Source: Alcanivorax sp. (lineage in GTDB: Bacteria > Pseudomonadota > Gammaproteobacteria > Pseudomonadales > Alcanivoracaceae). Taken from it: 64,000 nt of DNA. The DNA lies in NCBI RefSeq assembly GCF_017794965.1, contig NZ_CP051240.1, forward strand, positions 811,002 through 875,001, in the 5' to 3' direction. The position numbers and the translations under genes are program-made. Shown here one piece after another: positions 10,434 to 19,351 of this stretch; the first letter of the stretch is position 1, and every line of letters begins with the position of its first letter. Below the pieces are notes generated by a model that was given only the letters and a program-made list of their open reading frames with translations, was not told where the DNA came from and searched no databases.

Positions 10434-10600
10434 AGATGGGTCCCGTGTTCAAAGGTGTATCAGGGGGGTCTCAGTTCCCCCCTAGTGTAAGGCAGCGGCG
10501 GGAGAGCCCCAACCGTGATCCGCCAAAGCTTACAGCAATGCAAGAGCGGCGCCAGATCCACTGCTGTCCCAGAGTATCCTGAAGGTCCTGAGGAAGCGGA

Positions 10601-10822
10601 GGCGCTTTCTCTTGTGGGAGCTCTCTGTGCTCGTCAGGGTATGCTTGCAAGCGAATAGCCCTTGCCGCACCAACATTCGCCTGCAAGCAGGCTCCCACGA
10701 GACAGGCATCTGTGAGCGTCAAAATGCGGCGGTTAAACCCTGTTTCCCTAAACAGAGTCTCCGCCGGCTTGCCTGCCCGGCGGATTTCGGACTTCGCTAA
10801 GTCAAACTGTGGGACAGCAATG
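10601..10822 (+). repeat. 222-bp REP-containing repeat, copy 2 (direct repeat of 7317..7539)
   Basis: Aligned by eye to copy 1. The inverted 15-mer partner cactgctgtcccaga lies at 10559-10573. Confidence 0.9.
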
Positions 10823-10830
10823 ACGCCAGA

Positions 10831-11877
10831 TCAGTCTTGTGGCGGAAACCAGTACTGGATGGCCTCGCGGGTGAGTCCCTTGCGCTCGTTGGCAGTGGGT
10901 AGCCAGTTTCCGGCGTTGGCGGTCATGCCGGTGAGAAACTCGAATAATGGAAGGTGCTGGCGCAGAACCCGATGGTGGCGGTGGGAAATCACCGGGTTGA
11001 AGTAGCCGAAGAAGTCCAGCATCTGGCGGGGGTTCTTGCGTACCCACAGCCAGGAGCCCATCTCGAGGGTGAAAGGCAGAAAGGTATGTTCGGGCACACG
11101 GTCCTGGGCGTCGTCGTACAAGTAATCCCACAAGTCGCCGTGGGTGGTGTAATTAAGGGACTGGGGCTCTATCAGGTAGGGATGATGATGAGGGTAGGTG
11201 GTTTCGAATATCTGTTTGAGCCGGTACACCTCGCCAATGTGGGGGATGGGCCGGTGGCTTCGGGCATAGCAGCACCATATCCGGTCACGACGGCCGAAAC
11301 CGCTGTGACAGTCGATGCTCATGGAGAACGGGGCGGGGAACAGTTTTTCCTGCACCACCCGGATCATTGCCTGTGCCTCTGGCTCCATGGGGGCGCCGCT
11401 CTTACCCCGGTACCAGGGCAGGTGCCGGCTGAGGCGGTGGCCGCCCACCAGAAACGGCACTTTGCCCATGGCGTCGATGGGCGCATTTCGCATCAGGTCC
11501 ACCCCATTGGGGTTGCTGCGAGTGCGTTTCCAGATGCCGCCCGGATTGATCATGGGCATGAATACCAGCCTTACCTGCTCAAGTCGTCGGTGCAGCTGGT
11601 CGTCCCATTGTAGTCGATGGATCAGACTGTGCAGCCAGGACATCAACACCTGGCTGCCGATACGCTCAACTCCATGCACGCCACCAAAAAAACCGATCAC
11701 CGGCACTCGCGGTGAGGTGGAGCCCATCTCGATGACCTTTACCGGCAACGATAGCTCACCCATTGGCACTTCATGCACGGTGCTTACCCGCAGGTGCCGC
11801 TCCCCCTCACGCATCAATGCTTCCAGATCCAGCAATTCTGGCAGGTGACGTTGCAGCAGGTAGAGGCGGTCTTCCAT
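10831..11877 (-). CDS. M14-like zinc carboxypeptidase / DUF2817 family protein
   Basis: 348 aa. GGVHGVERIG (HxxE zinc motif), then NPNGVDLMRN and DCHSG. Confidence 0.7.
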   Translation of the reverse strand: MEDRLYLLQRHLPELLDLEALMREGERHLRVSTVHEVPMGELSLPVKVIEMGSTSPRVPVIGFFGGVHGVERIGSQVLMSWLHSLIHRLQWDDQLHRRLEQVRLVFMPMINPGGIWKRTRSNPNGVDLMRNAPIDAMGKVPFLVGGHRLSRHLPWYRGKSGAPMEPEAQAMIRVVQEKLFPAPFSMSIDCHSGFGRRDRIWCCYARSHRPIPHIGEVYRLKQIFETTYPHHHPYLIEPQSLNYTTHGDLWDYLYDDAQDRVPEHTFLPFTLEMGSWLWVRKNPRQMLDFFGYFNPVISHRHHRVLRQHLPLFEFLTGMTANAGNWLPTANERKGLTREAIQYWFPPQD

Positions 11878-11967
11878 AGGCGGGGCAGGCTGGGGCGAAA
11901 CGTGTCAGGCAGGTTACCGTCGGGAGGTAACAGAAATATGACGGTGGAGTGGGGTTGTATCTACGGA

Positions 11968-12005
11968 GCCGCTGTAGGAGCGAGCAGGCTCGCTCCTACA
12001 GCGGC
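11968..12005. repeat. REP-type perfect palindrome
   Basis: gccgctgtaggagcgagc ag gctcgctcctacagcggc. It has the same GTAGGAGC/GCTCCTAC core as the other repeats in the window. Confidence 0.9.
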
Positions 12006-12090
12006 TCAGTCGGACTCGTGTTGTTCACCAAACCGTGACGTTGTTGTCAGCGATTTGTCACTCGGCAGGCATAGCGTGCTCTCAACGGGA

Positions 12091-12828
12091 ATGATCAGAA
12101 ACCTGGGAACGTCTGAGATGACACTCACTCTGGATTCTGCTTTTACCCTGCGAACCGGCGATATCCTGCTGTTTTCGGGGCGCGGTGTAACCAGTGAGGT
12201 AATACGGGTCTTTACCCGCAGCCCCTGGAGTCACATCGGCATGGTGGTGTTTATGCCCGAAAGTCGGGAGCCACTGGTGCTGGAATCGACTACCCTGGGT
12301 GAGTCGGCTGATGTCCGGCTGGGGAAGCCGGTGGCCGGCGTGTCGCTGGTGTCTCTGGCCAGCAAGCTTGCCGACTATGAAGGTTCTGTGGTGGTGCGCC
12401 GTCGCCATGGCCCGGACCTGACCGGTAATCAGGAACGATTGCTGCAACGCCTGGTGCGACGCCTGATGCACCGCCCCTACAAGAACTATGTCCTCTGCAA
12501 TGCCATCGATGTCCTGACCTGTTTCCAGCGCAAGCCCGACCAACGGGGCTGGTTCTGTTCCGAGCTGGTGGCCGAGCTTTACCGCCGGCTGGGCTGGCTA
12601 CCCCGGGATACCCGAGCCAGCACTCTGGTGCCCGGGCACTTCGGCTCCCGACACATGCGCTTGCAGAATGGCAAGCTGGGTCAGGTGGAGTGGCTCAAGC
12701 AAGGCCCTGGAAGTGACCGTATCCGGGTCAGAGCCAGCGTCGGGTCCGCTGACAATACGCCTGCCACTGCGCTCCAAACTGTTGTGCATGAAATGCCTCT
12801 TCCGCTGCGATCACATGGGAATGGATGA
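12091..12828 (+). CDS. Permuted papain-like amidase (YiiX/YaeF, C92-like)
   Basis: ORF 11773..12828. The upstream part overlaps the M14 gene and a REP, so the start was moved to ATG 12091 (alternative 12118). His before Cys (SPWSHIGMVV ... GWFCSELV) fits the permuted NlpC/P60 order. Confidence 0.55.
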   Translation: MIRNLGTSEMTLTLDSAFTLRTGDILLFSGRGVTSEVIRVFTRSPWSHIGMVVFMPESREPLVLESTTLGESADVRLGKPVAGVSLVSLASKLADYEGSVVVRRRHGPDLTGNQERLLQRLVRRLMHRPYKNYVLCNAIDVLTCFQRKPDQRGWFCSELVAELYRRLGWLPRDTRASTLVPGHFGSRHMRLQNGKLGQVEWLKQGPGSDRIRVRASVGSADNTPATALQTVVHEMPLPLRSHGNG

Positions 12829-13189
12829 CCCACACCACGGGAATCAGCATCAACAGCATGCCTGCACTCTGCTGGCTCAACGCCATGGCGGCCGCCAGGC
12901 AAGTGAAGCCCAGGTAGATGGGGTTGCGGCTCAGGGCAAAGACACCGTTGGTCAACAAGGTTCTGGCAGCGCGGTGTGGCATCACGGTGGTCTTTGCCCG
13001 TCGAAGCTGTATCACCGCCGCCAGTACCAACAGCATGCCGGCCACGGCGAGCCCCAGCATCAACCAGAGGTTTCCGGCAAAGGTGAGGGCGGGAAAATCA
13101 GTGGCCTGATCAATGCCGTATCCCATCAGCAAGCCGCCCAGATACAGGGCTGGCGGGGGCATCATCACCTGGGGATGTTCATGGGGCAT
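12728..13189 (-). CDS. Isoprenylcysteine carboxyl methyltransferase (ICMT/PEMT) family membrane protein
   Basis: 153 aa with multiple TM segments and the SRNPIYLGF motif. Confidence 0.7.
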   Translation of the reverse strand: MPHEHPQVMMPPPALYLGGLLMGYGIDQATDFPALTFAGNLWLMLGLAVAGMLLVLAAVIQLRRAKTTVMPHRAARTLLTNGVFALSRNPIYLGFTCLAAAMALSQQSAGMLLMLIPVVWVIHSHVIAAEEAFHAQQFGAQWQAYCQRTRRWL

Positions 13190-13512
13190 GGTCTAATCCG
13201 GGTTGGCTGTGACAGGCATCGTAGTGTAGCGAAGAGCGCAGGCCGACAGAACGATTCAATGGAACGAAACGAAAAACTTTTCAGGAGTAACTATTGATCG
13301 ATTCAAAAAAACTGGGTTATGGTGATTCCAACCCCCGCCATTGCGGGAGTGATCGCGATCAAAAGCTGTAACAGCTGAATGCAACTTTACCGCCAAAAGG
13401 CTTAAAACCAGGGCGGCAATGGGCAGGCGTCACTCTCGCACTCAGAATTGACACCCGCTCTCCAGCCGCCAAACCAACGCAACCGTACCGTTTAACGGCA
13501 CAGGGGATACGC

Positions 13513-14979
13513 ATGGAAGAGCGCGCGGCCAGACTCCACACCCTTTCCATTAACCACCACGCGAGCGCCAGTCAGAACGACAGCACCATCGAGCAAGAAC
13601 AGAAAAAAACCTACGTCATCGACACCAACGTCCTGATCCACGATCCCAATTCCCTGCTGAACTTTGAAGAACACCGTGTGGTAATACCCATGACGGTGCT
13701 GGAAGAACTGGACAAGCTGAAAAGCGGAAAGTCGCACACTGCAGCTGATTGCCGGGCGGCCATTCGGCAGATCGACAAGGTGCTTGGCCATGCCACGCCC
13801 GAACAGGTTGAAGAGGGAATTCCGATTCCGCGCGGACCGGATAACTCAACCCAGGGTACCCTCACCGTACTGATGTCTCCCCAGGAAGAGGTGAAATCCC
13901 CACTGCCGGATCACCTCAATGACAATCGCATCATCAACGATGTGCTGGCCATGAAGGCCATGGCCCCGGATGAACGTTTCATCCTGGTGACCAAGGACAT
14001 CAACATGCGCCTGAAGGCGCGAGCCTGCGGCATTGAATCAGAGGATTATCATAATGATCAGCTGGTGACGGACATCAAGCAGCTGACCCGGGGCTATTTT
14101 GAGGTGCCCGGTTCCTTCTGGGACCAGGTTACCCAGGTGGAAACCGAGCAGGAGGGTGCGGATACCCTGCATCACCTTTCCCATGGTCTGCTGGTCAGCG
14201 AAATCCTGGGAGAGGAGGTTTATCCCAACCAGTACATCATTGATGAGCAAGGGTTCGTGGGACGTGTGATGGGGGTGGATAACGGTGTGGTGACCCTCAA
14301 GCATTACAAGGCGGACAGCATGCTGGAGCAGGAGGCATGGGGGCTCAAGCCCATGAATATCCAGCAGGCAATCGCACTGCAGTTGCTACTGGACCCGGAT
14401 GTGCATCTGGTCAACCTGACGGGTGCAGCCGGTTCCGGCAAAACCATTCTGGCGCTGGCTGCGGCCATCGAAATGACGGTGGAGCAGAAGCGCTTCAACA
14501 AGATCATTGCCACCCGCTCCACGCCGCCACTGGCGGAGGATCACGGCTTCCTGCCTGGTACCGAAGAGGAAAAAATGGACCCTTGGCTGGGTGCCATTAA
14601 CGACAACATCGAGGCGCTGCATCTCAATGACGAGAATCCTTCCGGCAGCATCCAGTATGTGAAGGAGCGGGCCAACATTCAGTTCAAGGCAATGAACTAC
14701 ATCCGTGGCCGCAGTTTCCAGAAATCCCTGATCCTGATCGATGAAAGCCAGAACCTGACCCCCCATCAGATGAAGGCCATCATTACGCGGGCAGGGGAGG
14801 GATCCAAGGTGGTATGCCTGGGCAACCTGGCACAGATCGATACACCGTATCTGTCACCCACCAGCTCCGGCCTGACTTACATGACCGAACGCTTCAAGCG
14901 TTTTGTTCATGGCGGTTCGGTGCAGCTCAATGGTGTGCCGCGGTCGTTGTTGGCGGAGTATGCGGAGTCGTTCCTCTAG
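13513..14979 (+). CDS. PIN-domain + PhoH-like ATPase (YlaK-like)
   Basis: N-terminal KTYVIDTNVLIHDP (PIN), Walker A GAAGSGKT, and DESQNLT. Confidence 0.9.
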   Translation: MEERAARLHTLSINHHASASQNDSTIEQEQKKTYVIDTNVLIHDPNSLLNFEEHRVVIPMTVLEELDKLKSGKSHTAADCRAAIRQIDKVLGHATPEQVEEGIPIPRGPDNSTQGTLTVLMSPQEEVKSPLPDHLNDNRIINDVLAMKAMAPDERFILVTKDINMRLKARACGIESEDYHNDQLVTDIKQLTRGYFEVPGSFWDQVTQVETEQEGADTLHHLSHGLLVSEILGEEVYPNQYIIDEQGFVGRVMGVDNGVVTLKHYKADSMLEQEAWGLKPMNIQQAIALQLLLDPDVHLVNLTGAAGSGKTILALAAAIEMTVEQKRFNKIIATRSTPPLAEDHGFLPGTEEEKMDPWLGAINDNIEALHLNDENPSGSIQYVKERANIQFKAMNYIRGRSFQKSLILIDESQNLTPHQMKAIITRAGEGSKVVCLGNLAQIDTPYLSPTSSGLTYMTERFKRFVHGGSVQLNGVPRSLLAEYAESFL

Positions 14980-15141
14980 TTAACAGTTAATAGTGAACAG
15001 TTAACAGCGACGCGAATCCGCATTGTTGCTTTCTGAAAGCAAAGAGGCCGCGCCCATAACCTGGGCGCGGCCTCTTGCGTTGGAGAAAAGAAAAAATCTG
15101 ACGCGTGTTTCGCTGTTAACTGTTCACTATTAACTGTTAAC
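14979..15141. repeat. 31-bp perfect inverted repeat built of 7-nt units (GTTAACA GTTAATA GTGAACA GTTAACA)
   Basis: Arms are 14979-15009 and 15111-15141; the reverse complement was checked base by base. The arms touch or contain the stops of both convergent genes. Confidence 0.95.
15043..15075. terminator. 14-bp GC-rich hairpin between convergent genes
   Basis: agaggccgcgccca taacc tgggcgcggcctct. The U-tract is poor, so terminator function is an inference. Confidence 0.5.
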
Positions 15142-16140
15142 TGACTCCACCGCCTTCTTGCACGCCTCCGATCCGTAAAAGTCATCCAGCGACCATTCAA
15201 TAAACGGCTCCAGCACCCCTTGTTCCACCAATACAGTGGCCCCTTTGGCGAGGGCCGGGGTGGTGATTTCCTTGATCTTGTCCTCGCTGATCTGCATGCC
15301 GGCAAGAATGTCTGCCAAGGTGGTTTTGCCAAGGGCATCCACGGCGGCTTTGATGCCAACGCTGATCAGATTGCGGGTGTATTCCAGCCGGGCGCTTTCG
15401 TCGCCGATCTGACAGCCTTGCTCCACCAGATCCTTCACGGTTCCCGGGGGGATCTGGGCAAGGTATTCGGCGGGCTTGAGGGGTGAAATCCGTTGATAGC
15501 CATCGCGGGCCAGTTGTTCGATGCGTTCATTGGTGAGTTGCTTGTTGAGCCACTGCTCACCGGTCTTGAGGGTTTCGCGAATATTCTTTTGCAGATAGCC
15601 GCGAATGGATTCTTCCATGCCACCCATGGCCTTGCCGACCACACTCTTGCGCCCCATTTTCATCACGCTGCTGACGCCGGGGAGTTTGGCCAGGGCATTT
15701 TCTTCCAACAGGAAATTCTTGATGCCGGTATAGAGCATCTCACTCACCATCTCGCTCACCAGCGGATGATTCATGCCGGCATGGATGGCTTTCTCGCGTA
15801 AGGTTTTCAGCTGCAGGGATTTTTCCAATACGGCTTCAAAGTGAGCCTCACTAAGCAGCTGGCCCACGGTGGCATCGTCCTGCTCGGCCGCTTTCAGTAC
15901 CGCTTCGGTGGTCTGCACAATCACGTCCTGCAGCCCCTGGGCACTGTTCGCTTCCAATACCCATTGCTCAACGACCAGGCTGAGGCTGTCGCTGTCCACC
16001 AGCTTGCCAAGCGGTGTTTTGCCGAGGCTGGTACTGGCCTGGGTCAGGAGGGCTTGCCAGTGATCGGGATTCTGCAGTTGCTGGGTCAGGTGGGTTTTGT
16101 GGGCGTCGCGCAGGGCGCTGATCAGTTCGGAAGACGACAT
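15130..16140 (-). CDS. Hypothetical acidic, helical protein
   Basis: 336-aa ORF with normal composition and no motif I recognise. Its last codons (VNS-stop) lie in the heptamer repeat. Confidence 0.6.
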   Translation of the reverse strand: MSSSELISALRDAHKTHLTQQLQNPDHWQALLTQASTSLGKTPLGKLVDSDSLSLVVEQWVLEANSAQGLQDVIVQTTEAVLKAAEQDDATVGQLLSEAHFEAVLEKSLQLKTLREKAIHAGMNHPLVSEMVSEMLYTGIKNFLLEENALAKLPGVSSVMKMGRKSVVGKAMGGMEESIRGYLQKNIRETLKTGEQWLNKQLTNERIEQLARDGYQRISPLKPAEYLAQIPPGTVKDLVEQGCQIGDESARLEYTRNLISVGIKAAVDALGKTTLADILAGMQISEDKIKEITTPALAKGATVLVEQGVLEPFIEWSLDDFYGSEACKKAVESVNS

Positions 16141-16288
16141 GGTGACAAGCCTCGTTTTTATTGATTCAGAGCAATGCTCGTTGTTGCGTCAAGTTGTTCA
16201 ATGGTTGCGTAGTTTGAACGTTGACCATCTTGCCCGCCAACCGGGCCGGGGTCATTGACTGTATATTGCGTTATCCAAGGGGATCTGT

Positions 16289-16969
16289 ATGCAACTGCGA
16301 GGACAAGTGAAAGGGGCGCTACTGCTAACCGGTATGCTGCTGGGGAGTCCACTGATGGCCCATGAGGCGGGTGATTTCATTGTGCGTGCTGGTGCGATCA
16401 AGGTGGACCCGGATGCCAGCAGTGACGCGTTTAACCCGGCGTTGCCTGCGGTGGGTGGTCTGGAAGTGGATGTGGACGACGATACCCAGTTGGGGCTCAC
16501 CTTCGCATATATGGTGAATGACAGCTTTGGCGTGGAGCTGGTGGGTGCAACCCCGTTTACCCATGACATCCTGCTCGATACTGGTGGCGGCGTGGTGATC
16601 GGCGAAACCAGTCACCTGCCGCCAACCCTGCTGGCCCAGTACTACGCGCCACAAATGGGGCCGGTGCGACCGTATCTGGGCGCGGGTCTGAATTACACCA
16701 TCTTCTTTGATGACAGTATTGATGATGACGTGGTCAGCCCCCTGCTGGGAGGAGCCGATGCGGATGTGAAACTCAGCAACTCACTGGGCTTTGCCTGGGA
16801 GGTGGGGGCTGATGTGGTGCTCACGGATAACTGGCTGTTCAACGTGAGTGTCTGGAACATCGATATTGATACCGAAGCCAGGCTGTATGTGAATGATGCG
16901 CGGGTGGACAAGATCGATGTGGAGATCGACCCCTGGGTGTACATGGTAGGGCTGGGGTACCGGTTTTAG
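16289..16969 (+). CDS. ompW: Outer membrane protein W
   Basis: Signal peptide ...PLMAHEAGDFIVRAGAIKVDP. C-terminal GLGYRF. Confidence 0.9.
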   Translation: MQLRGQVKGALLLTGMLLGSPLMAHEAGDFIVRAGAIKVDPDASSDAFNPALPAVGGLEVDVDDDTQLGLTFAYMVNDSFGVELVGATPFTHDILLDTGGGVVIGETSHLPPTLLAQYYAPQMGPVRPYLGAGLNYTIFFDDSIDDDVVSPLLGGADADVKLSNSLGFAWEVGADVVLTDNWLFNVSVWNIDIDTEARLYVNDARVDKIDVEIDPWVYMVGLGYRF

Positions 16970-17004
16970 GTACGCCTGACGCTTGATGCCTTATGCCAGA
17001 CGCA
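16970..17004 (+). repeat. 7-nt periodic array, 5 units
   Basis: gtacgcc tgacgct tgatgcc ttatgcc agacgca. Starts immediately after the ompW stop (16967-16969). Confidence 0.75.
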
Positions 17005-17050
17005 AGGACGAGTGCCTGGCTGCGCCTCCCTCGCGGCCATTCTACGAAGC

Positions 17051-17282
17051 CGCTGTAGGAGCTTGCCTGCAAGCGATCCGAGCTCAGGCGAGGTAATGAG
17101 TTTCAAGTTGCGAGAGGCGAGTTTTGAAAGGCCAAGATTAAAACCCCGCACCTGACCACCGGTTTTAGATTTTCGAAACTCGGTACTCGAAACTCGCTTC
17201 TGGAATCCGTGCCTCGCTTAGGCTCGGATCGCTCAGGCAAGCTGAGCTCCTACGCGGGGTATAGCGAGGGTTTTACCGATGC
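17051..17282. repeat. Long-hairpin intergenic element, copy A
   Basis: Left arm: gctgtaggagc..gcaagcgatccgagctcaggcgaggtaa... Right arm: ...ttctggaatccgtgcctcgcttaggctcggatcgctcaggcaagctgagctcctac. Homologous to copies at 28301 and 43291. Confidence 0.85.
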
Positions 17283-17318
17283 AAAAAGGCCCGCCCGGTT
17301 TACCGGGCGGGCCTTTTT
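17283..17318. terminator. Bidirectional intrinsic terminator (A5, 11-bp GC stem, T5)
   Basis: aaaaa ggcccgcccgg ttta ccgggcgggcc ttttt. Sits between ompW (+) and glpE (-). Confidence 0.85.
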
Positions 17319-17321
17319 GCA

Positions 17322-17642
17322 TCAGGCATCAGGCATTTCCAGCGCCTCTGGAAACTGCACCTTGAATACCTCATAGCCTCCGTCCAGGCTCACTGCCTGA
17401 AACCCCTGCTCGGTGAGAAAGTCTGCGGCGCCCTGGCTGCTGTTGCCGTGGTAGCAGTAGACCACCAGGGGGCGGGCTTTGTCGCTGTCGGCGAGAAACT
17501 GATCCACGTTGGCGTTGCTCAGGTGTACCGCTCCGCGCAGGTGACCGGCGGCAAAACTGTGAGGATCGCGGATGTCCACGAACAGGGCCTGACCGTCATC
17601 AAAGCGAGCTTTGCCTTGCTCAGGGCTGATACGTTCAGGCAT
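17322..17642 (-). CDS. glpE: Rhodanese-domain thiosulfate sulfurtransferase
   Basis: 106 aa. CYHGNSS active-site loop and [13 protein letters not shown], closely resembling E. coli GlpE. Confidence 0.85.
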   Translation of the reverse strand: MPERISPEQGKARFDDGQALFVDIRDPHSFAAGHLRGAVHLSNANVDQFLADSDKARPLVVYCYHGNSSQGAADFLTEQGFQAVSLDGGYEVFKVQFPEALEMPDA

Positions 17643-18873
17643 TGCTGGTGTCCTTGTCCTGGAGCAGGTCGGCAGGCGGATACTCGCAGTCCAGCTTCAT
17701 GCTGATGGCGCTTTCCAGTTCTGGCAACAGGAAGGCATCATCTTCACAGGCAAAGCTGATGGACATGCCACTGGCGCCTGCCCGTCCGGTACGGCCGATA
17801 CGGTGAACGTAATCCTCCGGGTCTTCCGGCAGGTTGTAGTTCACTACGTGGGAAACGCCATCAATGTGAATGCCGCGACCGGCCACATCGGTGGCGATCA
17901 GCACCTGCAGGTCGCCGGAACGGAACCGCTCAAGCGTCTTGGAGCGCTGGTTCTGGGGAACGTCGCCGGAAATCATCGACACCTTGAGGCCCTTCTTCAC
18001 CAGGCGGTCGTTGATGCGCCGGGTAATATCCCGACGGTTGGCGAAGACGATGACCTTGTCCATGTCCATGCCGGTAATCAGGTTGTACAGCAATTTGAAC
18101 TTGTCATCGGTGTTGGTGATATAGACCTTCTGCTCCACGGTTTCCGTGGTGACCTGGGCAGGTTCGATCTCCACTACTTCAGCGTCCTGGGTCCAGCGGC
18201 GGGCCAGATTCATCACGTCATCGTTGAAGGTGGCGGAAAACAGCTGCGTCTGACGGTACTTGCTTTTCGGGGTCATGCCGACAATGCGCTTCACATCCGG
18301 AATGAAGCCCATGTCCAGCATCCTGTCCGCTTCATCCAGCACCAGAAACTCAACCCGGTCCAGCCACAGGTCGCGGCGTTTGGCGAAGTCCAGCAGGCGT
18401 CCGGGAGTGGCCACGAGGATGTCGATCTCCCGTTTCTGCAACCGTTCCTGCTGACGGTTGAAGTTCATGCCGCCGACCACGCTCATGACTTGCAGATCGG
18501 TGTACTTGGCCAGGCCCTTGGCATCCTTCTCGATCTGCATGGCCAGCTCACGGGTGGGCGCCACGATCAGGGCCCGGGGCTCGCCAGCGTAACGCTTTAC
18601 CTCCAGCGGGTGCTGCAGCAGGTCGTTGATGACGGTCACCAGAAAGGCTGCGGTCTTGCCGGTGCCAGTCTGGGCGCGGCCGATGGCATCGGCGCCGGCC
18701 AGGGTATGCTCGAGGACTTCTGCCTGAATGGGGGTGCAGTACTGGAAGCCAAGATCGGCGATCCCACGCATCAGGCGCAGGTCCAGATTGAAGTCGTGAA
18801 AGCGGCGTTCGCCGTCTTTTTCAGGAACCTGAAATTGGTCCAGGCTCCAGGCATTTGCCTTGTCTTTTTGCAT
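17635..18873 (-). CDS. rhlB: DEAD-box ATP-dependent RNA helicase (RhlB-like)
   Basis: ORF 17635..18993 trimmed to ATG 18873. Motifs [15 protein letters not shown] and [10 protein letters not shown]. Confidence 0.75.
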   Translation of the reverse strand: MQKDKANAWSLDQFQVPEKDGERRFHDFNLDLRLMRGIADLGFQYCTPIQAEVLEHTLAGADAIGRAQTGTGKTAAFLVTVINDLLQHPLEVKRYAGEPRALIVAPTRELAMQIEKDAKGLAKYTDLQVMSVVGGMNFNRQQERLQKREIDILVATPGRLLDFAKRRDLWLDRVEFLVLDEADRMLDMGFIPDVKRIVGMTPKSKYRQTQLFSATFNDDVMNLARRWTQDAEVVEIEPAQVTTETVEQKVYITNTDDKFKLLYNLITGMDMDKVIVFANRRDITRRINDRLVKKGLKVSMISGDVPQNQRSKTLERFRSGDLQVLIATDVAGRGIHIDGVSHVVNYNLPEDPEDYVHRIGRTGRAGASGMSISFACEDDAFLLPELESAISMKLDCEYPPADLLQDKDTSNA

Positions 18874-19037
18874 GTATTCGCTCAGTCTGAATGCAAGTGG
18901 TTGTTGCCTTGCCACCGGGTGGCCGGGCGGGCGTATCGGGTCTTGCGGGTGATGTTTGTGATTATCAGGGCACCCGGCCCACGCCTCGATCACGCATTGT
19001 AGAAAAAATAGCCAGCGCTGTCAGAGGATCTTTAGCG

Positions 19038-19304
19038 ATGAACATCCTGCGTGGAGGCATTGTAGTGTTTTGGCTGGGGGTACTGTTAGCCATTTTCATG
19101 GAATTACCGGCCCCTTTTGATCGCTTGCTGCTGATCGCCGGTGCTGTCATCGCGATTTTGCACTTTCTGGAACTTGTCGGCTTTGCCGTCTGGATCCGCC
19201 GTCACGGCGTGTTCCACTGGCGTGATGCGCTGATGGTGATGCTGTTCGGGGTGCTTTTCCTCAAGCCCAGAATGCACGCAGTGCGCAACGCAGCTCGACG
19301 GTAG
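19038..19304 (+). CDS. Small membrane protein (DUF1145/YhhL-like)
   Basis: ORF 18891..19304 trimmed to ATG 19038 (MNILRGGIVVFWLG...). 88 aa with 2-3 TM segments. The family call is from memory of YhhL. Confidence 0.5.
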   Translation: MNILRGGIVVFWLGVLLAIFMELPAPFDRLLLIAGAVIAILHFLELVGFAVWIRRHGVFHWRDALMVMLFGVLFLKPRMHAVRNAARR

Positions 19305-19316
19305 GGCCGTTTTTTG

Positions 19317-19351
19317 GTGTCAGGCTTCTGGCGTCCTGCGTCAGGCGTGCC
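19317..19351. repeat. 7-nt periodic array, 5 units
   Basis: gtgtcag gcttctg gcgtcct gcgtcag gcgtgcc. Abuts the stop (19352-19354) of the minus-strand gene. Confidence 0.8.
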
